A stretch of DNA of 64,000 bases from Gekko japonicus (GCF_001447785.1 NW_015164216.1:310001-374000), one strand, 5' to 3'. Positions 49,684 through 62,291 are shown, counted from the first letter of the stretch. Made by a program: numbers and translations. The notes: generated by a model not told the origin, from the letters alone.

Positions 49684-50020
49684 CTTTCAGCACTAGGCAG
49701 GCGATGGCCAGGAGAAAAGCGAGCAAACACACGGCCAGGAGGCAACAGAACACAGAACAGGCCCGGCTGGGCCAACGTCGCGCCGACCCGTCCCGTTCGT
49801 GGTGCAACCGGGCAATGCCAGCCCGGGACGCAAAAACGCCGTCCAGTCTCCCAGCGGTACCCAGCAGACCCCCGTTTCCTTCGCCGACATCCTCCAGCTC
49901 CGCCTGGAGACTCCGCGTCACCGCCGCGTCGTCCGGAGGCCAAGGACTCCGAGCAGCACCCGCTTGGCCACTCCACCTGTAACGGTCCAGCCTCGCTTCA
50001 GCCGTGTAAGACGCCGCCAT
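49684..50020 (-). CDS. ARL6IP6: ARL6IP6 coding exon 1 (337 nt, MAASYTAEARL...RRWPSRACSVFCCLLAVCLLAFLLAIACLVLK, phase 1)
   Basis: ATG in strong context (GTCATGG). The C-terminal hydrophobic segment RRWP...LLAFLLAIA.L..K matches the first TM region of vertebrate ARL6IP6 as I recall it. Donor AAG|GTGAGC at 49683. Confidence 0.93.
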
Positions 50021-50847
50021 GACAGCTCCGACCGAGTCAGAAAGAGCGCGCGCCCACCACAGATGAAGGCAACAGATTTCTATTTGAAAGCGCCCTTCAC
50101 CCGGAAGGATAAATGGAGGAGGAGGAACAAAGGCGCGAACCGGAAAGGAAAAGGAGAGAGCGCCGACGTGATGAAACAGAGGCCACGCCTCTTCCTCTTC
50201 GACGTCACTCGCCAGCGGTTACACCTTCCTCCCATGCGACTATATTCTCTTAAGAAACAGCAAAGGATGTGAGGCTTTTCTCCCTCGACCTCTCCCCCCC
50301 CCCAACCGTCGCGTTTCAGGGCTGGTTTCCCCTTCCACTCCAGGCGTTGTGCTACTTCTTGGGCTTCCGTAGCGTCGTTCCCACGGTCCCCGCTCGTGGG
50401 TACGCTTTTCCCAGTGTCCTTTGCGCGCGTTTCCCTTCTCTCCTCCCCCCCCGTTTCCTCTGTACTTTTCATTCCGCCTCAAGCCTCCTCTCCTCCCACC
50501 TTCTCCTCCGTGAAGTCCGTCCGGCCCACGCGCGCCTGTGGCCTGCCTCGGAGGAGTCCCTCGGCGCGAGTCTCTGGGCCTCTTGCCGTCCCTCACGCGC
50601 ACCTTCCGGTCTCCCGTCCCGGAACCGGTCCAGGCCTCCTCCGCGCCACCCCGCTCCCCCCGTGGGGGCCCCCGGCGCGGAGCAGTCGCCCAAGAGTTCC
50701 CGCCTGGGAGGACGCCCGGATTGGCCGGCCGGAAAGCCCGTCAGCCTCCTGGCTCCTCTGCTCCCGCCTAGGGGGGAGCCCGAGCCCCTCTTGCCCTTCG
50801 GACCCTCCTCCCGCCAGCCGCTCAGGGGGAGGCTGCTGGGCAGATGC

Positions 50848-50967
50848 GGTGGTGGTGGTGGTGGAGGGGGCGGCGGAGGAGGAGGAGGGGGCCTCCTCAA
50901 CCCTGCGATGCGGCCGGGGGGCGGTGGAGGCGGCGGCGGCGGAGGAGGAGGCGGCGGCGGAGGAGGA
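50848..50967 (+). repeat. Two GGN trinucleotide tracts: 15 units (50848-50892, 5' leader) and 17 units (50917-50967, coding poly-Gly)
   Basis: Read directly: mixed GGT/GGA/GGC/GGG triplets, both tracts in the PRPF40A reading frame. Confidence 0.95.
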
Positions 50968-50988
50968 ATGGGCCGGGAGTGCCTGATG
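50908..50988 (+). CDS. PRPF40A: PRPF40A coding exon 1 (81 nt, MRP-G17-MGRECLM)
   Basis: MRPG...LM followed by a GTGAGT donor parallels the human N-terminus MRPGTGAERGGLM. Phase 0, joins exon 2 in frame. Head-to-head with ARL6IP6, as in human. Confidence 0.85.
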
Positions 50989-52777
50989 GTGAGTTTAGCG
51001 ATGGGCTCTTGAAGCCAGGGTTGGTGTGGAAGACAAGGATGCGCGTGCAACCCTTCACCACAGTTTTTAGTGATCCTCAGTATTTAGGAAGAGGAATTAG
51101 AGAACGACTGTGGTTTTTGTCCTGTATAGGTAACAGGAGTTGAGGTCAGCATGATAACTGTACCAATGGCCCAGAATGGTGTTCTGGCAGCCTGGTGACT
51201 GTCAGTGGGTTGTGGTTTTTTTGGTCAGACTAAGTAATTTACAGTGGTGTTATTCCCATTTATATCTCTATAATATCTGATTCTAGGTATTAAATGCTCC
51301 CGTTTAGTATATGTTTGAGTATATTGTGTTCTGAAACCATTGGACATTAACTCTGGTCTTAAGTTTTGTTCACTACTTTTGTTTATCAATTGTTAGGAGT
51401 AGAAAGTGAGAGGGCAGATAAGGTTGTTGTGCTATAATAGTATGTAAATTGGTCCTTGTGCCTTGAAGTTGTATGAAAATAAACCTTGTAGTTGTATCTC
51501 TGTACTCACAGAGAAGTGGCATGCCTTTAACACCAGTTCATACAAACATAAGAGGAATCAGGGAATAAGATAACCTGCTATAACCAAAATGAAATTTCTA
51601 TAAAGATTTCAAGTTATGAACAAATCCCTTTGAGTAAGTAAATTTCTCACTCTTTTCTGCCTGTCAGCATGTTAACTTTGTACCAGGAGGCCCAGTCAAA
51701 GTAGTACCTGTGTTTGTTGACAGACAGCAATAATACAGTAGCTTTTTTGCAAAATCATTGTGGTTGTTCATATGCAGTCTATGGTGTACTCTATTATTCT
51801 AAATGATTACTGTAAACAAAATTGCTTGTGAACTTTCTCTGGTGTTTCAATGACTTAATGACAGAGGTTATTTTTTAAATGACAGTATGCATGGCAAATA
51901 GGCGCACTTTATTTTTCTTGGCACACTACATTTCTTTTGCCACTTGTATCTCAAAACTTGTTACAAGGAACCTATACTCCTTAATCTGAGTAACTATGCA
52001 ATATATTCACAGATTGCACAAAGCAAGGAATGCGCTTGAGCATTCAAAGAGACAGTGTTCTTAGCCATTTCTTTTGAGATTGAGATCTGATATTCATAAA
52101 TTCTGTGCTTGAGCCCATTGAGCCATAGCACAAAATAAGCCATGCTTGCCTGCTTACTTAATTAGTGTTAGAGCTGTTATTTCACATACTATGCAGAAGA
52201 AAAAAACCAGATTTTTCTGCAAGTATATGTGTACGACACTGATTCTAACTATGATGAGAGTACCTGCACGAAAACATGTGTTTACATATTTGACTGTGTC
52301 ACATTTTATGCTTTAATAAATACTTAAACATTTTCAGAACTTAATGTATGGGTAGGCTTATGTTTTTCAGTCTTTAGTAACATTGTACTTTTAAAATATG
52401 AGTGACTAAATTTGCTTAGAAATTTGGAAGCTGCAGTTCAGATCTACAGCCCTTGGGCCATATGTGATGTGCTAAGCACCCAGCCTTTCTTGTTCAGCAT
52501 ATTGATTTCTTGTGTACTTACACTATTTCCTTTGACTGCAAGTACAGAGAGGATTGTGCCTCAAGGTGCTGATTACAAACTGTGTCCTGAAATTATTATC
52601 ACTTCATTTCTCACTCAGCAAGCAGGTTACTATTTTTGTTAAGGCTGAATGCTAGTTTTTAAGACTTCTAACACATCACAATATAATGACGCAATTTAGT
52701 ATCAGAAGCAAATGGAAAAAATATTTTATTAGTAGTGATCCAGTGATACACCTGAGAAGGGGAGATGTATATGCATG

Positions 52778-52778
52778 C

Positions 52779-52811
<33 letters not shown>

Positions 52812-52823
52812 TATATATATATA
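52778..52823. repeat. (GT)n(AT)n microsatellite in PRPF40A intron 1
   Basis: Read directly. Confidence 0.95.
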
Positions 52824-53111
52824 TTCATTCCTTGATGTCATACTGAGATTCAAACATTTTTTTAACTCGTGGAGGCTAACTTTTCCAAATATTGAAAACC
52901 AGTTCTTTGTTGTGATTTGAGAAATTCCATGAACTTGAGTAAATTTGTTTGGTTTTGTCATTTTTTTATACATGCAGGCAAACTGAAACTTGTCTTATAA
53001 CAAGACCTAATATACCAGAGTGGTCAAACAGAAAAGTTATCACGGTGCCACTATTCTGTGTGTTTCTGGGCCTTTGGAGTCTTGAACTGTCATTAACATT
53101 TTGTTTTTCAG

Positions 53112-53249
53112 ATGGGACATCCTGGCATGCCTCACTATCCACCCATGGGGATGCATCCTATGGGCCAGAGGCCGCCTAACATGCCTCCAGTATCACATCA
53201 AATGATGCCTCAGATGATGCCTCCAATGGGAGGACCACAAATGGCGCAG
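53112..53249 (+). CDS. PRPF40A: PRPF40A coding exon 2 (138 nt, [46 protein letters not shown])
   Basis: Acceptor TTTTGTTTTTCAG|, donor CAG|GTAAGT. Met/Pro-rich sequence nearly identical to the PRPF40A N-terminal region. Confidence 0.96.
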
Positions 53250-56200
53250 GTAAGTTAGCTTCTGTGATTTCTGTTATATAAATAACACTTTTAAACAGAT
53301 TTTTCTTGAAACAGTAATTTAAAATTACTTTAGTCTTTTCTGTAATTCATTAAGAGCTTTACATTGCTACAGGTTTTTAACTTCTTTGTAGTTTTTGTGA
53401 AAATTCTTATTTTTTACTTTATTGAAACAGAAGCTTTCTTGCCAGTAGACGAAATTTTGTGTGTAGAAATCAGAGGGTATGTGGATTTATAGAGGAATTA
53501 GTTAAAAGTGAACAAAAGAAGAGAACCTCTGAAACCACTTATTCCCTTCGATGAGTTCCTGTATATTGGTAGTTAGAGAGAACAGCCTTTGTGTGGAAAA
53601 GGAATTTTAACACAATGTTTTCTGGCATTGGTTATGACTTTACATAAATAACCTATTCCTCTTGTGGCCCAATAATTCTGAATGGTATGGTCAATTAACA
53701 GCCAGGCTCTTTCAGCCTGTGCTTTTGTTCTCTCCCTTTCCCTTATGGTGACTGTATCCTTTGTTTGCATTTTCGGTGATTATTTGGAGGAATCAAAGTG
53801 AAATTGTCAGCTTTATTTGGCATCAGTTACTCCGCTAATAGACCTCACTAGCCCTGGAAAGTACCTACAACAGCTTAAGAATTTTGCTGCTGAAGGGACT
53901 TAGCCAGCCTGGATTCAAGAATGCTGACATTGTGTCTGGCTGCTATTGCCAGGTGCGCTTTTGGTCGTGGTGCATAATGCCAGTATCTTCACCTCTTTTC
54001 TGAAGCCCCACTTGAGGGCTGAACATCTCTGTGTCCTAGTATTTAGTTAGCAGTCTGATAGGTGTCTGGCATCCTTCCAGATTGCAAATAGTATGACAGT
54101 ACATTATATTAGTCTAGTGCAGCTTAAGCAAGGATAGGGAGGCACATGCAAAGTTGTTGGACAGTAAGTCCATCTATAATGACCAATTTTTAAAGGTAAC
54201 TGTTATTAATAAATTCTTTATATTCTTCCCCTTTGCTGCCTGTTAGGGTTCATTCATATATCTGTCATTCATGACCCCATCACCCTGCATCTTATCTATT
54301 TTCACATGTTAAGGAAGTGATTATATATGTATATGAAAAATAGATAATTTTTCTAATGGATGTGGAGGTGAAGGCTGAGAGACTTAAATAGGGAAAGGTT
54401 TTTTTAAAAATAGTTGTGTGGCTGATGTAGTTTTTTGGTAATCAGAATAATAGGGCTTTTTTGTCTTGTGCTATGGATATTAGTCTGTTAGCCTAACAGT
54501 TAACATTGATTGTTATTGGAATAAGCAGTGAATGTTTGTCTTACTTCTCTTCTTACTCCTTTTGGGAGCAAATAGCAGTGTGTTCCACTGGAGATTTACC
54601 CTTTGGGTTCTACTATACTACCCTGGAAAGTCACTGTGTTCCACTGGAGATTTACGCATTGGGTTATACCATACTACATTGGAAAGTCACCCTTATTTAA
54701 ATAATGATTGCTGTATTTTACTGGAAGTCCCATTCTCACCTTTGAATTATAGACATCCTGAGCATTGTGTATATATCCCAGAAATTGACAGGTATTTTGA
54801 AGTTATTAGTGTGGCACTGTTAAACATGTGGCCATGGGAAATACAGACCTTTATTTTGGCCCACCAGCTAATTGATAAATCCCTTGGTTTTGTGGCTTGC
54901 CTTGAGATGGCACAGACTGGATTTATCCAGTGCCACCTGTGCAGCATTTTGAAACAAGCATGGTGCATGTGTTCTAGAGGCTATGAGTTTGGCAGTCCTC
55001 TAAAAAAAATCCTTGATGTTTCTGAAAGTACCTAGGTAGAGGTTTTAGGGAGCATCTCATGCGTGGAACAGAATTATATGGAAGCAGCAGTGGGGCAAGA
55101 CTCCTTTCTTCTCCTGCTTCTACAGGATGGTGGGGAATGGGAGGGCCACTCCCATTCTTTCTTCTCTTCCTCACGCTTCCAAGAAAACCTTGTGGATTGA
55201 GGGTGGAGCAGTAGCCCTACCAAATACCTCTCCCTCCACACAAGATGGAAGGTAAGAGGGAGCAGTAACCTGATGCTCCCTGAAGATATATGGGAAATGG
55301 GGTCATGGCCAACCCAGCAGGGATTGTCACCATATAGCGGGAGGGTTATTTCCCAAGAGTCATTTGTGGGGCTCACCAGTCAAATTAATTGGCTGATTAT
55401 GGCCAATTGAATACATTACTAGTTATCTGTATAGTCTGTTCTCTAGCTGCTGTCCACCTAGGTCATAATAATGAAAATACCCGAAATAAAACCCTTTGCA
55501 TTCTAACTTTCCTTCAGAAATACATTTCCAGTTAAGGTAGCATGCACATTCAAGCCCAATTAGTTCTTCATGCTAACTGTCTTGGGTCTCTGTCTTGGAT
55601 GGCCTGTATTAGACCCACATGTAATTATTGTCTTGCAATATCACTGAAGTGAAGAATTTCCCCACTCAACATTATTTATGATGCTTTAAGGAAATAAGGG
55701 CAGTGTTGTGATTTTAAGTGGCTAAGTTAGTTTGCATCCCTGTTGCATGCTTTTCTCAGCTTTTTTTAACAGTTCATGTTTTTGAACCCTGCAGTCATAA
55801 TTCTTAAACTTTATAGTACTCTTCATCTTGGAACATCTTTGCAAGCATAACTCTTACTCCAGCACTGTGAGACAAGTTCTTCAGGTATTATCCTCTGTTC
55901 ATAGATGAGGTAAATGAGCCCTCAAGAGTTTATGTAGGTCACAGAGGGATTTTGGTTTGGGAACTTGATTTAGAAGATTCGGAGTTTAATTTACTTGGGC
56001 CCCATTCCTGCAGCACCTTCTGAGTAGTTTTAATGTTTTGGGTACTTTTAGTAGTAAAACATGGGGGGGCCCTGTTTTCTTGAGGTAACTTTTCTCCTAT
56101 CCGTTCCTCCCTGATCCTCCAGTTCTTCACTTTTGCCTTGGGTTCCCATTTGACCAGTCACCACTAGAAGCTGAAAAATCTTACCATTCTTTGTTGCCCC

Positions 56201-56468
56201 TGTAACTTAGGTCATATTATCTGCAGCAGTTCTTCTGGTCACTTAAAGCCTTAGTTCTTTATAACTGGAAAATCAAATTGAGCTCCTACCTGCCTCCATA
56301 AGATTTACTCAGATTTTAACTCATTTTTCTATATTCACATTTGTTATGCCCCTAAAATCCTGTCTCAGCAGGTTTAAATACTATCCTTCTATCAACATAA
56401 AGAAATCTATATGTACAGCAACATACAGTAAGCTGTAAACACATACTATAATCATGTTTTACTTGTAG

Positions 56469-56549
56469 ATGCCTGGAATGATGCAATCGGTGATGCCTGG
56501 GATGATGGCACCCCATATGTCTCATGCTCCTATGCAGCCTACAGGACCA
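56469..56549 (+). CDS. PRPF40A: PRPF40A coding exon 3 (81 nt, MPGMMQSVMPGMMAPHMSHAPMQPTGP)
   Basis: Acceptor TTTTACTTGTAG|, donor CCA|GTAAGT. Matches human [24 protein letters not shown]. Confidence 0.95.
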
Positions 56550-57901
56550 GTAAGTGTTAAACTTCTCTGGTAATTAAAAAAAAAAATCACCAGACAGTAC
56601 TGACTTTGTGCTTTAGTATTTATCAGGTGTACAGCATCAGGTACCTCTTTCTGTTTGAGCAATTAGACTTTTAATTGTTTAAAGTGAATAAAGGAAAGAA
56701 ATTGATTCTGCATGTTCCTTATGCAGAGATTTTAGTTAGAGTTATACCTTTACAGGTTATACAGGAAGAGGTTAATGAAAAATGACCAGTAAATTTCTGA
56801 TATCTTGTCTCCACTCTTCCCCCCCCCCAGTTTATGTATGTACAAGGATCAAAAAGGCATGCATAATGTGCTAAATCAAAGCACCTTACTTTAATCTTAT
56901 GGTGTTATCCACTGTCAGAAGTGAGTTGTAGTTTTATTTGCAGGCTAAAGGGCCCAGGTTCAGTGATTGTCATTCCAAATCTTAGGTTTTTGTACGTGAT
57001 ATCCTGGAAAACCACTGCCAGTCAAACTAGACAACACTGAGATAGATGGACAAAAGGTTTGACTTGGTATATGCAACTTTATATGTTAACGTATATGTTG
57101 TCTTATCCTTTTGATAAATTTGAGACCAAACCCCTGCTTAATACATGAGCAAGGCAAATGTGAAAAACTCATCATTTTTAGTTTATTTTGGATCTTAAAC
57201 AGATTCATTTATCACATGTTAAATATAGTGCTGTAGTAAAATTAGATTTTGTTGTGTTTTATTTAGTTGTAATGTGTATAAGCTAACTGTTTGGTGCTGA
57301 GCTATCAGCATTGCCCACAAAATAAATTAAGAGGCAGAATTCAATGAATTTTGTTTCCCTATCTAATACCCATGTTTTCCTGTTCTGTTCGCAAAGCAAT
57401 ATAAACACTTCAAATATAGATATGTATTTCTAGTTGACATCTTTTGAAAAACCACCAACTCTTCAGTTCACTGTTGTCTCTTTCTTGTCTTTTTCCCCAG
57501 CTGTTTTTATATGGGTTTCCTCCTGCCTGGCAGATTGTTTATTCAGTGTTGTCTATTGGGGAAGCTCCCTCTCCTTTTCTTTCTCTGTTGGGGTCCCTAA
57601 GAATTCTAATGTTGATGCTGTACTATCCTCGCTGTACTCTGTTTTTGTGTGACATCATCAGACATCATGGTAATACGATGTTACCAGACTTCTCTGCTAA
57701 AATCACTCCTCCTCTATACAATCCTGCTTCTTTGTATTTCTATCTATCATTTTCTTAGATGTGTAATTTCATCTGAAAGACTGTACTATTTCTGTTTTTC
57801 CAGGCTTTTCTCTGTTTAGTTGTTCTCCATATCTACACATAATTGTTTTTCATGTTGATATGTCTTGCATTCTTCAATGTCTCCCATTCTTCACTCTCCA
57901 C

Positions 57902-58377
57902 CAATGCTCCCTCTACGCTGTGGAGTCTTGTGAGCAAAAATTCTTCTTTATGAGCTACTGGCGTTAAAGTTGTGAGCAAGCGATTTGGCTACTGCATAAA
58001 TTAGTTTGCTCTGGAGTAGAGATGTAAAATTTCTGGAAATTTTTAAGCTTGGAAAAAAACCTCGTTTTTTTCGGGGAGAAACGGAATTTTCGGAAAAATT
58101 GAAAAAAATGCTACATTAACATTTCTTTTGTCTTTTCTAGATTGAAAGTCATTCTCTTACTTTAGAAACATAAAATATGACTATGGACATTTTTACTTGG
58201 AAAAAAACAAAAAAGGCTTCAGGAAAAAAACGGGAAAACCCCGTTTTTCCCCCCGAATTGTTCCGGGTTTTTTCCAGGCCTTCACATCTCTACTCTGGAG
58301 CCATCCTTTCTAAGTGAAAACAAAAATGTGTGAACCAGAGGCTAAAAAACTGTGAGCTCAGCTTAGAGGGAACACTG
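57902..58377. mobile_element. hAT MITE in PRPF40A intron 3, interrupted
   Basis: CAATGCTCCCTCTA...TAGAGGGAACACTG; TSD CTCTCCAC/CTTTCCAT. Confidence 0.8.
58017..58292. mobile_element. Nested hAT MITE (276 bp)
   Basis: TIR TAGAGATGT/ACATCTCTA; perfect 8-bp TSD CTCTGGAG. The empty site is visible in the paralogous copy at ~38845. Confidence 0.92.
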
Positions 58378-60090
58378 CTTTCCATATTCGTTAAGTTTAA
58401 GTGATGTCACTTCTTACTGTACAGCAGTGACCCCAGTGTGTTGCCCATAGACATCTTGGTGTTTGCCATTGTGTTTCCTGCTGTTCACTTCCCTCTTAGG
58501 GCCTCTCTTCTCCAAAGCCAGCCTGGCTTTCCTGCATGTTGTTGGAGAAGAATGTATTTAAAAAATCTGCCTGCATCATAGGACGAAACCTGGCTTGAAA
58601 TCCCAATGTTTTGTAATTGGCCGTGGTCTACATTGTAGATATTTTGTGGTTGGGCACACACACACCCCCCCGAGCCGTGACAGCCATTTTCCAGAAGAGC
58701 TCACAAGTTCAGTAGGTTGTGGTCTGTTCTCTACAGTGTTACAAAAATCTGGCCATTCCTCTCCATCCCCTCAGCTAAAATTCTGGTTAATCTTCTGATT
58801 ATCTGCTATGTTAACTGCTGTAACCTTCTTCACTCTTGCTTTCCTCTTTCTCATCTCTGTCCAAAGTCTCCTGCCAAAATCTGCCATCAAAAATATTCTC
58901 TTGTTCATTGCTCAGATCATGCAGTTGTCCTCCTAAAGTTCCCTCACTGACTCCCATTCATTTCTGTATCAAGCACAAACACCTTTTAAAGCTCTCATAG
59001 CCTTATCTCTGTCCTGTTTTTTAGGTCTTTTTCTCATTCTGTTGCTGCCACATGTGCATGGAACTTTGTTCCTAAACACGTACAATGGTCATATCTCTAT
59101 TCCATCTACTCCATCTTCAGCTTGGTCTTTTCTTTGAGACTTAACCTGTTAATCTTCATTGTCAAGTCTGGCAGTGCTGAACTAAGTCTCTGAAGCCAGA
59201 AGTTATATGCATATATGCTTCTCAGCATTTGGCTTTCAGGAAGCTGACACAGGCTTTTACTGAGCATGTGCAAGTGATTTCTTTGGTTCATATACCAACA
59301 TTAGGAAAGATTGTGTTTTATTGTTAGAGGACTCCTCAGGTTCTGTAGGTTGTCAGTCAGTTGGCTCTCTCTGTGCTAGAGAGTAAAGTGGTCCACATTT
59401 TAACTTGGATTGGGCTGCTTAGTATCCTACTTTTCAGTATTCAAGGAGCACAACCTCCAGAACAGCTCACTTTTTCATAATTTAAAGAAATAATGTGTAT
59501 GGTATACAGTTATGCCTTCTATAAGAAGGAATTTCTGTTCTCTTAGAATGTATTGTGTTCAGCTTCAGATTTCTTTCCTATTATGGATTTACAGTATTAA
59601 TTTTATGTTGAATCTTTATGTTGAATCTATGGACTAGTGCTGGTTTCCAAGGATATCTGTCTAAAATTCTGCACGCAATACAATGTTTGACACACAGCAG
59701 GGATAACCATTTAACTAAACAAGCCTGATAGTAATATTTGGAAACTAAAATTTTGGTAGCCATTAGCACAATGTTTGACACACAGCAGGGATAACCATTT
59801 AACTAAACAAGCCTGATAGTAATATTTGGAAACTAAAATTTTGGTAGCCATCAGCAAATTGTCTCAGTTTGAACACATGCAGCTGGCTTATACTGAGTTG
59901 GACTGTTGGTTTGTCAGAATTAGCGTTGTCTATTCACAGAAGATCTCTAGAATCTCAGATAGAGGCTTTTTACATCACTCCTCTCAGTCTGTTTAACTGG
60001 AAAGAGAGGTTGAGCCTTGGATCTCCTGCATACAAAGAAGATGCTGTATGCTGGTCTCTCTGCCTTGAATTTACAGTTCTTACAGTTTTG

Positions 60091-60159
60091 NNNNNNNNNN
60101 NNNNNNNNNNNNNNNNNNNNNNNNNNNNNNNNNNNNNNNNNNNNNNNNNNNNNNNNNNN
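60091..60159. other. Assembly gap (69 N)
   Basis: N run. Confidence 1.
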
Positions 60160-60397
60160 AAAAAATCTAATATTTTTAGATGGCGGAACAGCCCCATGGA
60201 AGACGTTTGCTTTTTATATTGGGGAAAGTGTGAAAGTTCTGCTGACATGATAGTAAAATTTAATTGAACAGTTTTCAAAACCAGTTCATTTTTTTTCTTG
60301 AAGTGTTAGCTTGTAATACTATAAATTATTACATGTACAAAAAGTATAGCCAACACAGGAATATGGGGGACTGCTTTGCAGTGGCTAGTCTCCTTTC

Positions 60398-61696
60398 TCC
60401 ATGGTCAGGGACCAGAGGGTGGTGCTTGGGGAGAGGGTTTCTCTGTGATACCTCTTGGTGTGCAGTATCCCTCAGTATCCTCTACCCGTTGTTATGTAGC
60501 ATCTATATACACTCTCTCGCCCATCTGATCTGGGGGTTTGGGCTGGGTTGTCACCAGTACGCTGATGACATCCAGCTATATCTGCTGATGGATGGCTGGA
60601 TGGACTCCGCCTTAGATATTTTGGCCAGGGCATTGGAGGCTTTGGTTGGTTAGTTACAGCAGAGTCGACTGAAGCTAAATCCATTGAAGATGGAGGTCCT
60701 GTGCCTGAGCCATTGGGGGGGAATCGGGGATCTGACTCCCAACCCTTGATGAAGGGGATCTGACTCCCAACCCTTTGACACTAACTGTGAGGAGCTTAGA
60801 AGTGATCCTGGATTCCTCATTGTCAATGGAGGCCCAGGTCACTCCTGTTGCCAGATCAGCTTTTTATCATCTTCGGCTAGTCCAGCATCTCATCCCCTAT
60901 CTCTCCTCCAATGACCTAGCCACAGTGATCCACGCAATTGTCACTTCCAGGATGTAACTCACCGTATCCGAGGCTGCCCTTGAATTTGATCTGGAAACTT
61001 CAGCTGGTGCAAAATGCAGCAGCGCACCTCCTGGCTGGGATGACTCTGCAGGCGCATATACAGCCAAGTGCTTTGCCAGCTGCATTGACTTCCACTTGAG
61101 TACTGGATCAAGTTCAAGGTGATGGTACTAGCCTTTAACGCCCTATGCGGTCTGGGGCCGACATAACTGTGGGACCACCTCTCCCAGTATGTTCCCCAGA
61201 GAGCCTTATGTTCGGCTGACCAACACCTGCTGGTAATCCCTGGCCCAAAAGACATCCATTTATCCTCAACCAGAGCCTTTTTGGCTTTGGCTCCAGCCTG
61301 GTGGAACATACTCCCTAGTGAGATCGGAGCCCTGCAGGACTTAGTACAGTTCCACAGGGCCTGTAAAATGGAATTGTTCTGCCAGGCCGTTTGTTGAGGC
61401 TATGGATGTCAAATTACATCAGCCTCCCCTGCCCTGCTCCACCTCACCTTATCTTGTGCTGTGCACTTTAATTGTTCCATCGGTGAACGTTTTACCCCAC
61501 CTTCTGGTAGGTCAGCCCTTGGGCACATATACAGTATACACCATGGAGCTTGCCAACATTTACTTTATTGTGGGTTTTATAGTTTTTAAATCGTATGCAT
61601 TATGTCTTTTAACTGTTTAGCCACTTGTTGTGACCCACCCTGAGCCCACTTGCAGGGGAGGGCAGGGTAGAAATCTCAAAAACAAACAAGTAAATA
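60398..61696 (+). mobile_element. L2 LINE 3' half (degenerate) in PRPF40A intron 3
   Basis: GQGQRV-like start, GCHQYADDIQLY (RT YADD), LKLNPLKMEVL, ARSAFYHLRLV, LHXLPLEYWIKFKV, APAWWNILP, then a 3' tail CCCTGAGCC...AAACAAACAA. Confidence 0.9.
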
Positions 61697-62291
61697 CCTG
61701 AAATAGGAAGTGCTCTCTATAACAAAATGGCCTGTCGCTATCACCTGACAAATATGGCATACTTGCATCATGGTCTTCACAGTAATTAATTTGAACAGTA
61801 GATAATACATAGCACTTAGCTTTCAAGGTTCGTATTTTCATCTGTTTGGATTAGCAAAGCCTTTTCCAAAGTTGTTTTCTGGCAGAGCAATACTATGTAA
61901 CTGCACAGTCAGTTACAAATGGCATCCCTTAACTAGGTTTAGTGGTAGTGCTATCTGCCTATCAGGCCCTTTTTGACGTTGAGTAGGACAGGGCATGAAA
62001 GTTTGTTTAGAAAAAAATCCTTGCAATTTCTTCATGCTGAGCATTGAGCATTGCATTCTCTAATAGGTGCTTGGTATAATTAAGACAATGGAAGTGGGGA
62101 TGGAGGATACTCTTACCGTATCTTCTTCGCTCTTTCTCTTACAAATTTGAAAGTAGTATAGGTTGCTTTAATAGTGTGGCACAATTATGATTTTGCATAT
62201 GATATGTGCGGGGGGGGGAGAGAATGTGCACTGAAATATTTAGCCTGTAGTAGGCACCATAAATTTTAAATATTGTTTTGATTTTCCACAG

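Larger units (their letters stand above)
49655..51050. promoter_or_regulatory. CpG island / bidirectional promoter shared by ARL6IP6 and PRPF40A
   Basis: GC- and CpG-dense; the two start codons are 887 bp apart and divergent. ETS/GABP-type motifs CCGGAAG (50101), ACCGGAAA (50139) and ACCGGAAG on minus (50603-50610). CRE-like GACGTGA (50165) and CGACGTCA (50200). Confidence 0.9.

Noticed and set aside
50269-51012. 247-aa ORF (and the antisense poly-Pro ORF 50469-51050) as independent genes
   Set aside because: It starts at GTG in a GC-rich CpG island where stops are rare. Only 50908-50988 matches a known protein; the poly-Pro ORF is the antisense reading of the GGN tracts.
54532-55035. 167-aa ORF with a signal-peptide-like start in PRPF40A intron 2
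   Set aside because: Built from a pyrimidine tract, a 56-bp tandem duplication and probable antisense CR1 remnant; no family similarity.
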